A program made the translations under genes and the position numbers. From positions 92,632-156,631 of the forward strand of contig CALRDV010000001.1 in assembly GCA_943355005.1 (NCBI GenBank): DNA of 64,000 bases, in the 5' to 3' direction. The notes beneath the pieces are model-generated. The model worked only from the letters and a program-made list of their open reading frames with translations, made no database searches and was not told the DNA's origin. Shown in pieces: positions 20,397 to 29,567 of this stretch (its first letter is position 1; each line of letters starts with the position of its first letter). The DNA is from Patescibacteria group bacterium. GTDB taxonomy: Bacteria; Patescibacteriota; Microgenomatia; UBA1400; MFAQ01.

Positions 20397-21142
20397 TGAT
20401 CAAATTTTCTGAGTTTAAAAAGTTTTTCATTTTTAACCTAATTGGTAGTCTGGTCATATCGGCAATCGTTGCTGTAATTACAGTTCTATTGGGGAACTTT
20501 AACGAAGTAGCTTTTAAAGTTTTAATCACTTTGACCATGGTGGTTTCTCATTCTCTAGTCAGTCTAGGTTTCATTTGGGATGACGAAAGACAAAACACTT
20601 TCGATAGATTGGCTTATTTTTCCGATGTTCTTTTTGTTTTAATTGTTTCCAGTTTTGTTACTTCTATCTTTGGCGTATGGAGTTTAATATCCAGTGAGCT
20701 GGTTTGGCATTTATATCAAACATTCTTTGTTATTGGATTTGCCTCGCTTCACGGAGACATTTTATCTAAAGTACTTGGTAAGGAAACCTATATAGATACT
20801 ATTGTTTACATCAATTATTTCTTCATGGCCGTTCTAGTCTTATTGTTATTGCCTGCTATTTTTATCACCGATTCAGCCAAGATTTTAGGTGAAATGTATT
20901 TTAGAATAATGGGTGCAGTTGGAATCATTGACGGAACTCTAAGTGTCCTCACAATTATTTTCTACAAGCTTTATATACTTAAGCATCCACAGACTCAAAA
21001 CTTGCTTTCTGGGGCAGCAGAATCAGCTCCAGTGGCTCAAAAGAGGGGACTCTCAGTCTGGGTGTGGATTTTAATATTCTATCTGGCCATTCAAATAATT
21101 TCCTCGCTAATGTTTGGTGTCTTCTCTCGGCTCAGTCTTTAA
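20396..21142 (+). CDS. Hypothetical integral membrane protein
   Basis: About 7 hydrophobic segments; TAATG coupling to the upstream gene. Confidence 0.7.
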   Translation: MIKFSEFKKFFIFNLIGSLVISAIVAVITVLLGNFNEVAFKVLITLTMVVSHSLVSLGFIWDDERQNTFDRLAYFSDVLFVLIVSSFVTSIFGVWSLISSELVWHLYQTFFVIGFASLHGDILSKVLGKETYIDTIVYINYFFMAVLVLLLLPAIFITDSAKILGEMYFRIMGAVGIIDGTLSVLTIIFYKLYILKHPQTQNLLSGAAESAPVAQKRGLSVWVWILIFYLAIQIISSLMFGVFSRLSL

Positions 21143-21156
21143 TATACTAGCCACCA

Positions 21157-21193
21157 AAAAACCCGGGGTCGATTTCTCTCGCTCGGGTTTTTT
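21157..21193. terminator. Bidirectional terminator
   Basis: AAAAACCCGGG...CTCGGGTTTTTT between convergent genes. Confidence 0.7.
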
Positions 21194-21209
21194 GAACGTG
21201 ACAAGTAGT

Positions 21210-21350
21210 TTACTTGGCGCCGATTTTAAACATCTTTGTTCCACAGGTGGGGCAAACAGCTTTAACGGCTGGTTTACCATTCTTCATGGTGACTCTCTCG
21301 AATTCGGTTACGTCTTTTTTGGCTCTACATTTTACACAATAGATCTGCAT
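21210..21350 (-). CDS. 46-aa zinc-ribbon protein (DUF5679-like), missed by the ORF track
   Basis: MQIYCVKCRAKKDVTEFERVTMKNGKPAVKAVCPTCGTKMFKIGAK; strong SD AAAGGGGGTGA upstream. Confidence 0.85.
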   Translation of the reverse strand: MQIYCVKCRAKKDVTEFERVTMKNGKPAVKAVCPTCGTKMFKIGAK

Positions 21351-21378
21351 TTACTTGGTTCACCCCCTTTCCTATTTT

Positions 21379-21621
21379 TTAGTGCCTGGATAAATAATTC
21401 CAAATTGCAAGCTCCAAGGCTAGGACAAGCATAGTCAGGAGTAATGTCTTTGTCAAGTCTGTTTTGAAAAACTTCTTTTCTCCTGGCAGAAGTTCTGGAA
21501 TAGAATATGGCTTTTTTGCGCCCACTCCCAGCCATTCATCTTTAATTACAAAGCCTTCGGTTCTCTGTTTTCTTTCTTGACTGTGAACTTTTTCTTTTTT
21601 GGTTTTTCTCTGTCTGCTCAT
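21379..21621 (-). CDS. Small basic protein with C-terminal TM
   Basis: MSRQRKTKKEK...DLTKTLLLTMLVLALE. Confidence 0.65.
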   Translation of the reverse strand: MSRQRKTKKEKVHSQERKQRTEGFVIKDEWLGVGAKKPYSIPELLPGEKKFFKTDLTKTLLLTMLVLALELAIWNYLSRH

Positions 21622-21647
21622 GGTTAATATTATATCCACAAGCTGTC

Positions 21648-21706
21648 CGTCATTGCGAGGAGGTATTCCGACTGTTTACCCCGGCCAGCAGGCGGGGTGG
21701 CAATCC
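21648..21706 (+). repeat. CGTC palindrome with nested GTTTACCCCG..CGGGG hairpin
   Basis: CGTCATTGCGAGGAGGTATTCCGAC[TGTTTACCCCGGCCAGCAGGCGGG]GTGGCAATCC. Confidence 0.8.
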
Positions 21707-21747
21707 AGGTTTTTAGATAAGGATTTATAGTAAAATAAATTCACTCT

Positions 21748-22203
21748 ATGGTGTTTACCTATATTTTTTACGGAATTATTCTAATCTGGATTTCCACTCT
21801 AACCTATTTAGTTATTCGTCTGATGCGTCACTATAGTCGCCTTACGGCCGATGTTTCCAAGAAGGATCTTATCTCAGCCTTAAATCACTTAATCTCCACT
21901 TCCGGACAGAACACGGACGACATTCGTACCCTTCAGGAGAAGTTGGATAGGGAAATAACAAATAACAAAAAACACCTCCAGAGATTAGGCTTCCGCCGCT
22001 ATAATCCCTTTACGGATACCGGCGGAGATCAGAGCTTCTCAGCTGCCTTTTTAGATGATAATGGTGACGGCATTATGATAAGCTCTTTACATAGTCGGGA
22101 AAATACCCGGCTTTATGCTAAGAAGGTCGATGGAGGAAAAGTTACCACCCAGGCCTTATCCAAAGAGGAACAAGAAGTTATCAATGAAGCAATAAAAAAT
22201 TAA
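21748..22203 (+). CDS. DUF4446 family protein
   Basis: RYNPFTDTGGDQSFS...SLHSRENTRLYAK..LSKEE. Confidence 0.85.
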   Translation: MVFTYIFYGIILIWISTLTYLVIRLMRHYSRLTADVSKKDLISALNHLISTSGQNTDDIRTLQEKLDREITNNKKHLQRLGFRRYNPFTDTGGDQSFSAAFLDDNGDGIMISSLHSRENTRLYAKKVDGGKVTTQALSKEEQEVINEAIKN

Positions 22204-22210
22204 ATATCTT

Positions 22211-23419
22211 ATGAAATTCACACCTAAAATCATTATTTCATTGGTCTTAACTTTTTTTGTTTCTGCCGGTATGGCCTACGCTGTTGTTCCAGCAAGTGGG
22301 GGAGGTTTGCTTTCTCCAAGCGCCGAAGGACCTGTTACCGAGAAAAAATCTGCCGGTTTTGGTCAGTTTGCTGACGAGCCAAAGACTCAAGCTTGTCCCA
22401 TCAATGGCAAACTTTACACCAAATCGGAAGAAAAGCTTTGGCAAACCAAACGCCCCATTCTTGCCATGATTGAAAATGATATTCACGCCCGTCCCCAGTC
22501 GGGACTTTCTTCGGCCGATGTTGTTTACGAAGCGGTCGCCGAAGGTGGCATTACACGTTTCATGGGAGTTTTTTACTGCGGAGCTCAAAGTGATGCAGCT
22601 AAAGTTGGCCCGGTCAGAAGCGCCAGAATTTATTTCGTAAACATCGCTGCCGAATACAACACTCCTGTTTATTTACACGTCGGTGGTGGTAACTGTAGTC
22701 GTGACGAAGCTAGTGGCCAGTGCACATCCAATAAGAAAGCTTGGGCCATTGAAGAACTTTCTAAATTGGGCTGGAGAAAAGCCGGCGGTAATGATTTTGA
22801 CACTACCGGAGACACTGGCGCACCTGTACTTTTCAGAGATTACAATCGTTTAGGCGCCGATGTCACCTTGGACACGGAACACACTATGGTAGGTTCCCTT
22901 CCTGCCGCCTGGAGGCAAGCTGAGAAACGTGGTTATGGTAGTTTGATGGTCGATGGTAAGACTCCCTGGCTCACGGGCTTCAAGCCTTGGAAAAATGGCA
23001 CTGTTGAAATCAAAGGCAAACCCGCTGTAGATATCGCTTATGATTTTTGGAGCAACTACAAAGATTTTACTGTCACCTGGAAATACGATGCGGTCACCAA
23101 AGAATATATCCGCACTCAAGGTGGTAAGCCACAGATGGATTTAGAAGTTAACAAACAAATTTCTTCACCAAATGTTGTCATTCAATTTGCCAAAGAAGAA
23201 GGTCCTCTAGACGAACACAAACATATGTTCTATACCGTTATTGGTAGCGGGACAGGAATTTTCTTCAACGGCGGACAAGCTATCGATATCAAATGGAGTA
23301 AAGCCACTCAAACAGGTCGAACCATATTTACAGATCTTGCCGGAAAAGAAATTACTTATACACCCGGTGCCATCTGGATAAGTATTTTACCCATTGCGAA
23401 CAAAGTCGTATACAATTAG
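22211..23419 (+). CDS. DUF3048 (YerB-like) exported protein
   Basis: ARPQSGLSSADVVYE, EGGITRF, GPVRSAR. Confidence 0.88.
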   Translation: MKFTPKIIISLVLTFFVSAGMAYAVVPASGGGLLSPSAEGPVTEKKSAGFGQFADEPKTQACPINGKLYTKSEEKLWQTKRPILAMIENDIHARPQSGLSSADVVYEAVAEGGITRFMGVFYCGAQSDAAKVGPVRSARIYFVNIAAEYNTPVYLHVGGGNCSRDEASGQCTSNKKAWAIEELSKLGWRKAGGNDFDTTGDTGAPVLFRDYNRLGADVTLDTEHTMVGSLPAAWRQAEKRGYGSLMVDGKTPWLTGFKPWKNGTVEIKGKPAVDIAYDFWSNYKDFTVTWKYDAVTKEYIRTQGGKPQMDLEVNKQISSPNVVIQFAKEEGPLDEHKHMFYTVIGSGTGIFFNGGQAIDIKWSKATQTGRTIFTDLAGKEITYTPGAIWISILPIANKVVYN

Positions 23420-23422
23420 GGG

Positions 23423-24004
23423 GTGGCAAAGCTATCCGATTTAATCATTTCTAAGGTTCGCGTCAAGCTTCTAAAACTTTTTCTTTCTCAGACAAAGGAA
23501 ATGTTTTATGTGCGTCAGCTCACTAGAATCACAAAAGAAGAAATTAACGCTATCAGAAGAGAGCTTGATCATCTGCAGAAAGCCGGACTTCTAAAAAGTG
23601 AGAAAAGAGGTAATCGTCTTTATTATTCCGTTAGGCCCACCTTCACACTTTATCCGGAAATTACCAACTTAGTTATGAAATCCACCGGCTTTGGCCGTCT
23701 AATTATCAAAAACCGCAGCAAACTTGGTTTTGTGAAATACGCCTTCGCCTCCCAAAAGTTAGCCCGAGGCCTAGCTAGAGACCCCGAAGAGGTAGATCTT
23801 ATGATAATAGGAAAAGTTATTATGCCCCAACTTGCACTTCTAATTAAACAGATAGAAAAAATGCTAAATACCGAGCTGAACTATTCTTGTATGACGGAGG
23901 AAGAATTTAATTATCGAAAGTCCCACAAAGATCCTTTTATTGTCAAAGTACTTCTTCAATCTCGAATTACTTTGATAGGGGATGAAATTCAATTACTAAG
24001 CTAA
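23423..24004 (+). CDS. Winged-HTH protein with degenerate nucleotidyltransferase-like C-terminal domain
   Basis: SKVRVKLL..YVRQL..AIRRELDHL..GNRLYY; VDLMIIG. Confidence 0.7.
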   Translation: MAKLSDLIISKVRVKLLKLFLSQTKEMFYVRQLTRITKEEINAIRRELDHLQKAGLLKSEKRGNRLYYSVRPTFTLYPEITNLVMKSTGFGRLIIKNRSKLGFVKYAFASQKLARGLARDPEEVDLMIIGKVIMPQLALLIKQIEKMLNTELNYSCMTEEEFNYRKSHKDPFIVKVLLQSRITLIGDEIQLLS

Positions 24005-24204
24005 TGCCAATTCAAAAAATTTTAAAGGTAGGTAACTCACTTGGAGTTACTCTCCCGTCAAACTTGGTCAAAAATCTATCTCTCAAGCCGGGGGATCAAG
24101 TAGAAGTTGTTTATGATTTGAACAATACATTGACTTTTAATTTTATCGATAGTCATCAGCTTAGTTTGGGCCTATCTTCCGGCAGAAAATCAGCCAAAAA
24201 ATAA
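24004..24204 (+). CDS. AbrB/MazE/SpoVT family DNA-binding protein
   Basis: KVGNSLGVTLP...LKPGDQV. Confidence 0.85.
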   Translation: MPIQKILKVGNSLGVTLPSNLVKNLSLKPGDQVEVVYDLNNTLTFNFIDSHQLSLGLSSGRKSAKK

Positions 24205-24217
24205 TATAATCCTTAAT

Positions 24218-25567
24218 ATGACACTCTCAAAGCCACAAAAAACTTCTATTGGTGTTTTTATTCTTACGATCATCTCGCTCTACATAATTCTTCCTGCCAA
24301 ATTAGGCAACTTCAATGTTCCGAGAATCAATTTCAAGCTTGGCAACTTTGATTTCTCCAAAGAAATCGAACTTAAGCAAGGCTTGGATATTAAAGGTGGT
24401 CTACAAGTAGTTCTTAACGCAGACATGAAAGACATTGCTCAGGGAGACCGTCCATCAGCTTTAGAATCTCTAAAAAATGTTATCGGCAGAAGAGTAGATC
24501 TTTTTGGTGTTTCCGAATCGGGTGTCAAGACAGCCATGTCCGGCAATGACTACAGACTTATTCTAGAACTACCCGGAGTCACCGATCCCCAGCAAGCTTT
24601 ATCCCTCATTGGTCAAACCGCCAAGATGGTTTTTGCCCTTCCGATATACACTCCAGGGAAAACCGCCTCTGATTCAGCCACTCTTACCGGCTTTAGCCCC
24701 ACAGATCTCACGGGTGCCGACTTGGCCAGAGCTCAAGTTACTTTTGAGTCACAAGATAGATCTCCGGCTGTTTCCATTACTTTCAAAGACACCGGAAAAA
24801 CCAAGTTCGCCAAGCTAACCAAAGAAAATATCGGCAAACCTGTAGCAATTCTATTGGATGGATATCCCATTACCATGCCCACAGTTCAAGCCGAAATCGA
24901 TAGCGGAAGTGCTGTCATTACCGGCAAATTTTCAACCGACGAAGCCAAAGCTTTATCCGTTCAGTTAAATGCAGGAGCACTCCCTGTTCCTGTTTCTATC
25001 CTAAGTCAGAAAAATATTCCCGCGACTTTAGGTGCCGACTCCATCAAGAAAAGTATTACCGCCGGAGCTATCGGATTATTCATGGTTATCTTTTTTATGA
25101 TTGCATACTATGGTTGGATGGGTGTCATCGCCTCCGTTGGTTTGATACTCTATGGTGTTTTTACTTTAGCTCTCTACAAATTAATTCCCGTGGTTCTTAG
25201 TCTACCCGGTATTGCCGGTTTCCTCTTGTCCGTCGGTATGGCTGTAGATAGTAACATTCTGGTATTTGAAAGATACAAAGAAGAAATTCGCGCCGGTCGG
25301 GATTGGCGAGTTGGCTTAGAGCTAGCCTTTGGTCGAGCTTGGGACTCAATCAAAGACGCCAACACGGCTACTATTATTACCGGTTTAATTCTCTTTAATC
25401 CTCTTGAATGGAGTTTTTTAAATACCTCAGGCTCTGTCCGAGGTTTTGCCCTGACACTAATTTTGGGAATTTTTATCTCTCTCTTCACGGGCATTGTCGT
25501 CACCAGAAATCTCCTCCGCATCTTCTTCAAGGGCAAATCCTCTTCGTCATTGCGAGGAACAAAGTGA
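24218..25567 (+). CDS. secD: Protein translocase subunit SecD
   Basis: GLDIKGG, LNAGALP, GMAVDSNIL, GFALTL; the stop codon lies inside a palindrome. Confidence 0.96.
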   Translation: MTLSKPQKTSIGVFILTIISLYIILPAKLGNFNVPRINFKLGNFDFSKEIELKQGLDIKGGLQVVLNADMKDIAQGDRPSALESLKNVIGRRVDLFGVSESGVKTAMSGNDYRLILELPGVTDPQQALSLIGQTAKMVFALPIYTPGKTASDSATLTGFSPTDLTGADLARAQVTFESQDRSPAVSITFKDTGKTKFAKLTKENIGKPVAILLDGYPITMPTVQAEIDSGSAVITGKFSTDEAKALSVQLNAGALPVPVSILSQKNIPATLGADSIKKSITAGAIGLFMVIFFMIAYYGWMGVIASVGLILYGVFTLALYKLIPVVLSLPGIAGFLLSVGMAVDSNILVFERYKEEIRAGRDWRVGLELAFGRAWDSIKDANTATIITGLILFNPLEWSFLNTSGSVRGFALTLILGIFISLFTGIVVTRNLLRIFFKGKSSSSLRGTK

Positions 25568-25675
25568 CGCGGCAATCTATATTCGTCATTCCTGCGAAGG
25601 CAGGAATCCATAAAAACAAACACAAATTAATATTAAATCGTAATAATCTGTCATTCCCGACCTGATCGGGAATCT
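25545..25675 (+). repeat. Three GTCAT palindromes between secD and secF (25545-25578, 25584-25610, 25650-25675)
   Basis: CGTCATTGCGAGGAACAAAGTGACGCGGCAATCT; CGTCATTCCTGCGAAGGCAGGAATCCA; GTCATTCCCGACCTGATCGGGAATCT. Confidence 0.92.
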
Positions 25676-25701
25676 ATAAAAATAAATTCAACTAAAAAAA
25701 C

Positions 25702-26556
25702 ATGAACTGGATGAAACATCTCTCCCTCTACTTTCTTCTTTCTGCACTGGTAATCGTTCCAGGTATTTATTCTTTGGTTCGCTATGGCTTTAAACCCTCT
25801 ATCGAATTCACTGGTGGTTCTAGGTTTACCTTAGTTTCCGTCAAGTCCTCATCTGCCGATACCTTAGCAGTATTTAAAGACTACACCCCAGCCTTGGAAT
25901 CAGCGGACAATGGCACTATTACGATTAAATCAAAAGAGGTCTCCCAGGAATCAGTTCAAAAAATTCTAGACAGCGCTAAACCATATAATCCGGACATTAA
26001 GCTAACCAACTTTGAAACCATTGGACCTGCTCTAGGCAAAGAAACTATCAAGAAAACTCTAAATGCTTTAATAATCTCTTCACTTCTTTTACTAGCCTAC
26101 ATAAGTCTGGCCTTTAAACAGCTCAAGTATGGCATCTGTGCCGTTCTAGCTATGTTCCACGATACAATAGTGCTTTTAGGTTCGTTTTCGCTTCTCGGAC
26201 ATTTCTGGGGGGTCGAAGTAGATTTGCTTTTTGTCACTGCAGTTCTGACTATTTTGTCCTTCTCAGTCCACGACACTATTGTGGTTTACGATCGCATTCG
26301 GGAGCTCTCACACAAAAATAAAAATGCGGATTATGTTTCTCTCATCAATCAAGCGGTCACGGAGACCATGGCCAGATCACTCAACAATTCCCTGACCATT
26401 ATCTTTATGCTATTTGCCATGTTCCTCATGGGAGGGGAGACTACCAAATTCTTCGCACTGGCACTTCTAATTGGAACTATCACCGGCACTTATTCCAGCA
26501 CCTTCACCGCCGCGCCTCTTTTAGTTGTCTGGGACAAATTCACCAAGAAAAAATAA
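25702..26556 (+). CDS. secF: Protein translocase subunit SecF
   Basis: IEFTGG, SVHDTIVVYDRIRE, RSLNNS, GTYSS. Confidence 0.96.
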   Translation: MNWMKHLSLYFLLSALVIVPGIYSLVRYGFKPSIEFTGGSRFTLVSVKSSSADTLAVFKDYTPALESADNGTITIKSKEVSQESVQKILDSAKPYNPDIKLTNFETIGPALGKETIKKTLNALIISSLLLLAYISLAFKQLKYGICAVLAMFHDTIVLLGSFSLLGHFWGVEVDLLFVTAVLTILSFSVHDTIVVYDRIRELSHKNKNADYVSLINQAVTETMARSLNNSLTIIFMLFAMFLMGGETTKFFALALLIGTITGTYSSTFTAAPLLVVWDKFTKKK

Positions 26557-26578
26557 TATCGCAAATATATATTTCGTC

Positions 26579-27274
26579 CTAATCCAAAGGTCTTAATAGT
26601 TCCAGTGACATGTTTGTTGCCGATGTTTTATTAAACATGGTACTTATTCTATAAGATTCAATTGCGCCATTCTCTGACGGCATTATTTTATTAAATATTT
26701 TCTCCAGATTAGCGTTTTTATCCAGCCAATCTTCTTCATCCTCTTTTTTCAGTAGCATTGGCATCCTGTCGTGAAACTCTCTCATTTTGTCATTTGGTTC
26801 AGTCGTAATTATGGTGCATGACTCAATTTTTATGCCATCCTTACCCATCCAAGTTTCATATAATCCGGCAATAGAGAAAAATTCGTTCGTTGTTGGTTTC
26901 ACTAGATAAGGAATTTTCTCAACCCTATTTTCTAAATTAGTTAACGGCTTCCATTCCACAAAATAACCAGCTGGGATGATACACCGTTGGGAATTTTTCC
27001 ACGCATTCGCATAAGTTGGTTTTTCTCTAATAGTTTCAGCTCTAGCATTAAAAGTCGGATATTTAGCGTCTTTAGGGTCTTTAATCCAGCTTGGGATTAG
27101 CCACCAAACCCTTGGAACCAAAGCAGGTAATTCACCACTAATAGTCATTATTTCCGACCTAGGGGTATTTTTCATACCAAGCAATTTTTCATAATTTGAC
27201 GCTTTACTATCTAGGTTAAATTCCTCGATGATTTTGTTTTTTGCCGATGGAAAAAATCCAATTACTCCACACAT
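26579..27274 (-). CDS. SOS response-associated peptidase (SRAP/YedK family)
   Basis: N-terminal MCG, FNARAET, RCIIPA, HDRMP. Confidence 0.92.
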   Translation of the reverse strand: MCGVIGFFPSAKNKIIEEFNLDSKASNYEKLLGMKNTPRSEIMTISGELPALVPRVWWLIPSWIKDPKDAKYPTFNARAETIREKPTYANAWKNSQRCIIPAGYFVEWKPLTNLENRVEKIPYLVKPTTNEFFSIAGLYETWMGKDGIKIESCTIITTEPNDKMREFHDRMPMLLKKEDEEDWLDKNANLEKIFNKIMPSENGAIESYRISTMFNKTSATNMSLELLRPLD

Positions 27275-27413
27275 TGTTTGTTTTTTTCTAATTCTATAAT
27301 CCTATTTTTCTCGATCTATCTTAACATTTTGTTGACCTAGTCACCTCTGAGGCTATAATATTAGATCTGTCTAGTGGGGTTCATTGACAAATTTTAAAAG
27401 AAAGAAGGTTTTT

Positions 27414-28139
27414 GTGAAAATAACACATATTTTTCTTTTGCTGGTAATTCTTCTCACTGCTTGTAATATCCCTGGTGTAAGTCAACCTCCGGCAACTTCT
27501 ACACCTACATTAACTTCCACCCCCGTAGCCACAGTGTCTCCTTTCCCGTCTCAGACTCCCACCAACTTTGCTCCGGCGACCGCAACTTCAACTCCGCCGC
27601 CTTCCCTTACTCCTACTCCCGGTTTCCCAACTTTTACCATTACCACTCCCGCCAACTGCAGACAAGGACCTGGCACTGAGTACCCAATCTGGACCGGCAT
27701 TTATAAAGGTCAATCTGTCAGAATCATCGGTATTACTACACCGGACAGACCTACTTGGTGGCTCGTCGAGAAAGACGGTATCAGATGCTGGGTCTCCGGA
27801 ATCTTAGGAGAAACATCCGGTAATTTGTTCGGTATTCCCGTCGTATTTGCACCACCCGTTCCGACTCCGACCAAAGTGACCATTGACGTGCTTTTTGAAA
27901 ATAACACCAGTAGCTACATTTGCCAGATGAATTTCTACGATGGTATCGACCTTGTTGCTACCTTTAATTGGAAGAAGGGAGAATTTGACAACAACGGTTC
28001 AGACAAAATTCTCGCTTTACCGATAGGGGGGTATGATCTCATCGAAGTTTACGACTGTTCCTCGGCTTTGGTTGTCACGCTGAAAAATATCGTGATTAAT
28101 CAGGACAACCACGCCTTTCCACTTCCTCCAGTACCTTAG
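27414..28139 (+). CDS. Lipoprotein with Pro/Thr linker and bacterial SH3-like domain
   Basis: Lipobox LTAC; ANCRQGPGTEY...WWLV...CWVSG; start probably the GTG at 27414. Confidence 0.7.
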   Translation: MKITHIFLLLVILLTACNIPGVSQPPATSTPTLTSTPVATVSPFPSQTPTNFAPATATSTPPPSLTPTPGFPTFTITTPANCRQGPGTEYPIWTGIYKGQSVRIIGITTPDRPTWWLVEKDGIRCWVSGILGETSGNLFGIPVVFAPPVPTPTKVTIDVLFENNTSSYICQMNFYDGIDLVATFNWKKGEFDNNGSDKILALPIGGYDLIEVYDCSSALVVTLKNIVINQDNHAFPLPPVP

Positions 28140-28167
28140 CAAATAGTAACAATAGTAAGTAGTAACA

Positions 28168-28202
28168 ATCCTCCCCACAAGACAATCTTGTGGGGATTTT
28201 TT
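28168..28202. terminator. Hairpin between convergent genes
   Basis: TCCCCACAAGA-CAA-TCTTGTGGGGA followed by a T tract. Confidence 0.7.
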
Positions 28203-28222
28203 ATTCTGCCTAATAGCCTCTA

Positions 28223-28648
28223 TCAATGAGTGACACAAACGTTTGACTCGCATGTGCAGAAAACATTTTCTCTAGATGGTGCCTCACCATTGCGCCTTCC
28301 TACCGATTCAGCCTCCTTTTGTATTTTTGCTACATATTCAGGGGTATGACACCCTCCGGTGAACCATATGTATTTACAATCATCATTCTGATTACACGAA
28401 TCTTCATTCTTTTTAACATTGTCTACGTTTTGTTCCGTTCGGGTGATATTTACTCTAGATTTCGCAAGCGAAATAACGAGTCGAATAATTAATGGGCTAT
28501 TCCATCCGATATCACCTTCATTAGGACAGTAACGAGCTGGTTTTCCTGGCGGAGTTTCACAAAAAATTATGCCATAACGGAAAGGTATGGGGGTGAATAA
28601 AAATATGATTATTATGAGAACAAGTGCTAGCGATATTTTCTTAAGCAT
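28223..28648 (-). CDS. Cys-rich exported hypothetical protein
   Basis: N-terminal TM; CNQNDDC...CTCESNVC. Confidence 0.65.
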   Translation of the reverse strand: MLKKISLALVLIIIIFLFTPIPFRYGIIFCETPPGKPARYCPNEGDIGWNSPLIIRLVISLAKSRVNITRTEQNVDNVKKNEDSCNQNDDCKYIWFTGGCHTPEYVAKIQKEAESVGRRNGEAPSRENVFCTCESNVCVTH

Positions 28649-28687
28649 AATCTCAGCATATCAGAAATGGGTATATCAAATACCAAC

Positions 28688-28726
28688 TAGCTCGCTGGGT
28701 TGGACGACTATCGAACCATTGCCGAA
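28688..28726 (+). repeat. att-like direct repeat, copy 1
   Basis: TAGCTCGCTGGGTTGGACGACTATCGAACCATTGCCGAA. Confidence 0.65.
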
Positions 28727-28770
28727 ATAGAATTAAGCTCTGAAGACGCCACTAATGATATAATATAATT

Positions 28771-29007
28771 ATGAAAACAATGACATGTAGCCAACTCGCT
28801 GGAGCTTGCGAAATGAAGTTTAGTGCGGAAACATTTGGTGAAATTGCACAGCTTAGTCAGCAGCACGGCACAGAGATGTTTAAAGCAGGCGACGCACAAC
28901 ATCTATCTGCACAGCAAGAAATGATGAAACTAATGTCCGACCCATCTGCAATGCAAAAATGGATGGATCAAAAACAACAAGAGTTCGACTCGCTCCCGGA
29001 AGATTAG
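28771..29007 (+). CDS. Small metal-binding protein (DUF1059-like)
   Basis: MKTMTCSQLAGAC..F.AETF.E....QQHG. Confidence 0.75.
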   Translation: MKTMTCSQLAGACEMKFSAETFGEIAQLSQQHGTEMFKAGDAQHLSAQQEMMKLMSDPSAMQKWMDQKQQEFDSLPED

Positions 29008-29016
29008 TTAATTTAT

Positions 29017-29059
29017 TTGCTATCCGGGTGGGACGATTTTCGAACTATTTCAGAACAAA
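29017..29059 (+). repeat. att-like direct repeat, copy 2
   Basis: TTGCTATCCGGGTGGGACGATTTTCGAACTATTTCAGAACAAA. Confidence 0.8.
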
Positions 29060-29066
29060 GTTTTGC

Positions 29067-29495
29067 TTATCTTGTCTGTGAGTAAATCTCCGTTTCAGTC
29101 CAATTCCATGCATACCAGACAATATACAAGGTACACGCAATTTCTATAGCAGAGAAAAACGCGTAATACATTGTTGGCGTTCCGATAAATAACGTCAATG
29201 TTTGGACAGCAGTCATTATTATGCCTGAGATAATGTTTGCCTTGCGATTTGCCTTATTCTTCAATATTCGAGATAAAAGAACCATACCAATCGGAATCTC
29301 CAATAGAAATGCTGCTCCCAATAAAAACCCTGGTGTTAGCTGAATTGTCACATCTTTTATAGGATCCATTACCGTAATAACATCGCAATAAAGATAATTG
29401 AGAAGTGCAAACAACCATAATGTTGAAAGCATTACTTTCTTGTCCATAGATTTTTTACTTGTAATCATTTTTTCTTTCATAAAGAATGCTAACAC
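29067..29495 (-). CDS. Four-TM protein (DUF6326-like)
   Basis: LSTLWLFALLNYLYCD...EIPIGMVLLS...NRKANI...IE. Confidence 0.75.
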   Translation of the reverse strand: MLAFFMKEKMITSKKSMDKKVMLSTLWLFALLNYLYCDVITVMDPIKDVTIQLTPGFLLGAAFLLEIPIGMVLLSRILKNKANRKANIISGIIMTAVQTLTLFIGTPTMYYAFFSAIEIACTLYIVWYAWNWTETEIYSQTR

Positions 29496-29524
29496 AAACA
29501 GCAGAAGTCAATTTCGAGTCCAAA

Positions 29525-29567
29525 TTGCTCGCTAGAAGGGACGATTTTCGAACTATTTCAGCACAAA
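29525..29567 (+). repeat. att-like direct repeat, copy 3
   Basis: TTGCTCGCTAGAAGGGACGATTTTCGAACTATTTCAGCACAAA; 24 nt identical to copy 2. Confidence 0.8.

Noticed and set aside
21114-21535. ORFs 21114-21434 (+) and 21332-21535 (-)
   Set aside because: Shadows of the 46-aa zinc-ribbon gene and the 21379-21621 gene.
23423-24204. wHTH-NTase-like plus AbrB pair as a toxin-antitoxin system
   Set aside because: No recognisable toxin (PIN, MazF or HEPN), degenerate NTase motif, and embedded in a housekeeping operon with secDF.
14381-25665. ORFs 14381-14614, 15954-16235, 25174-25623 and 25408-25665 with WIPAFARMT / LPRHFVPRND peptides
   Set aside because: Spurious frames through palindromic repeats and real genes.
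28688-29567. Three direct repeats as CRISPR or canonical integron attC sites
   Set aside because: The intervals are gene-sized (about 290-470 nt), there is no RYYYAAC/GTTRRRY inverted core, and no intI is present.
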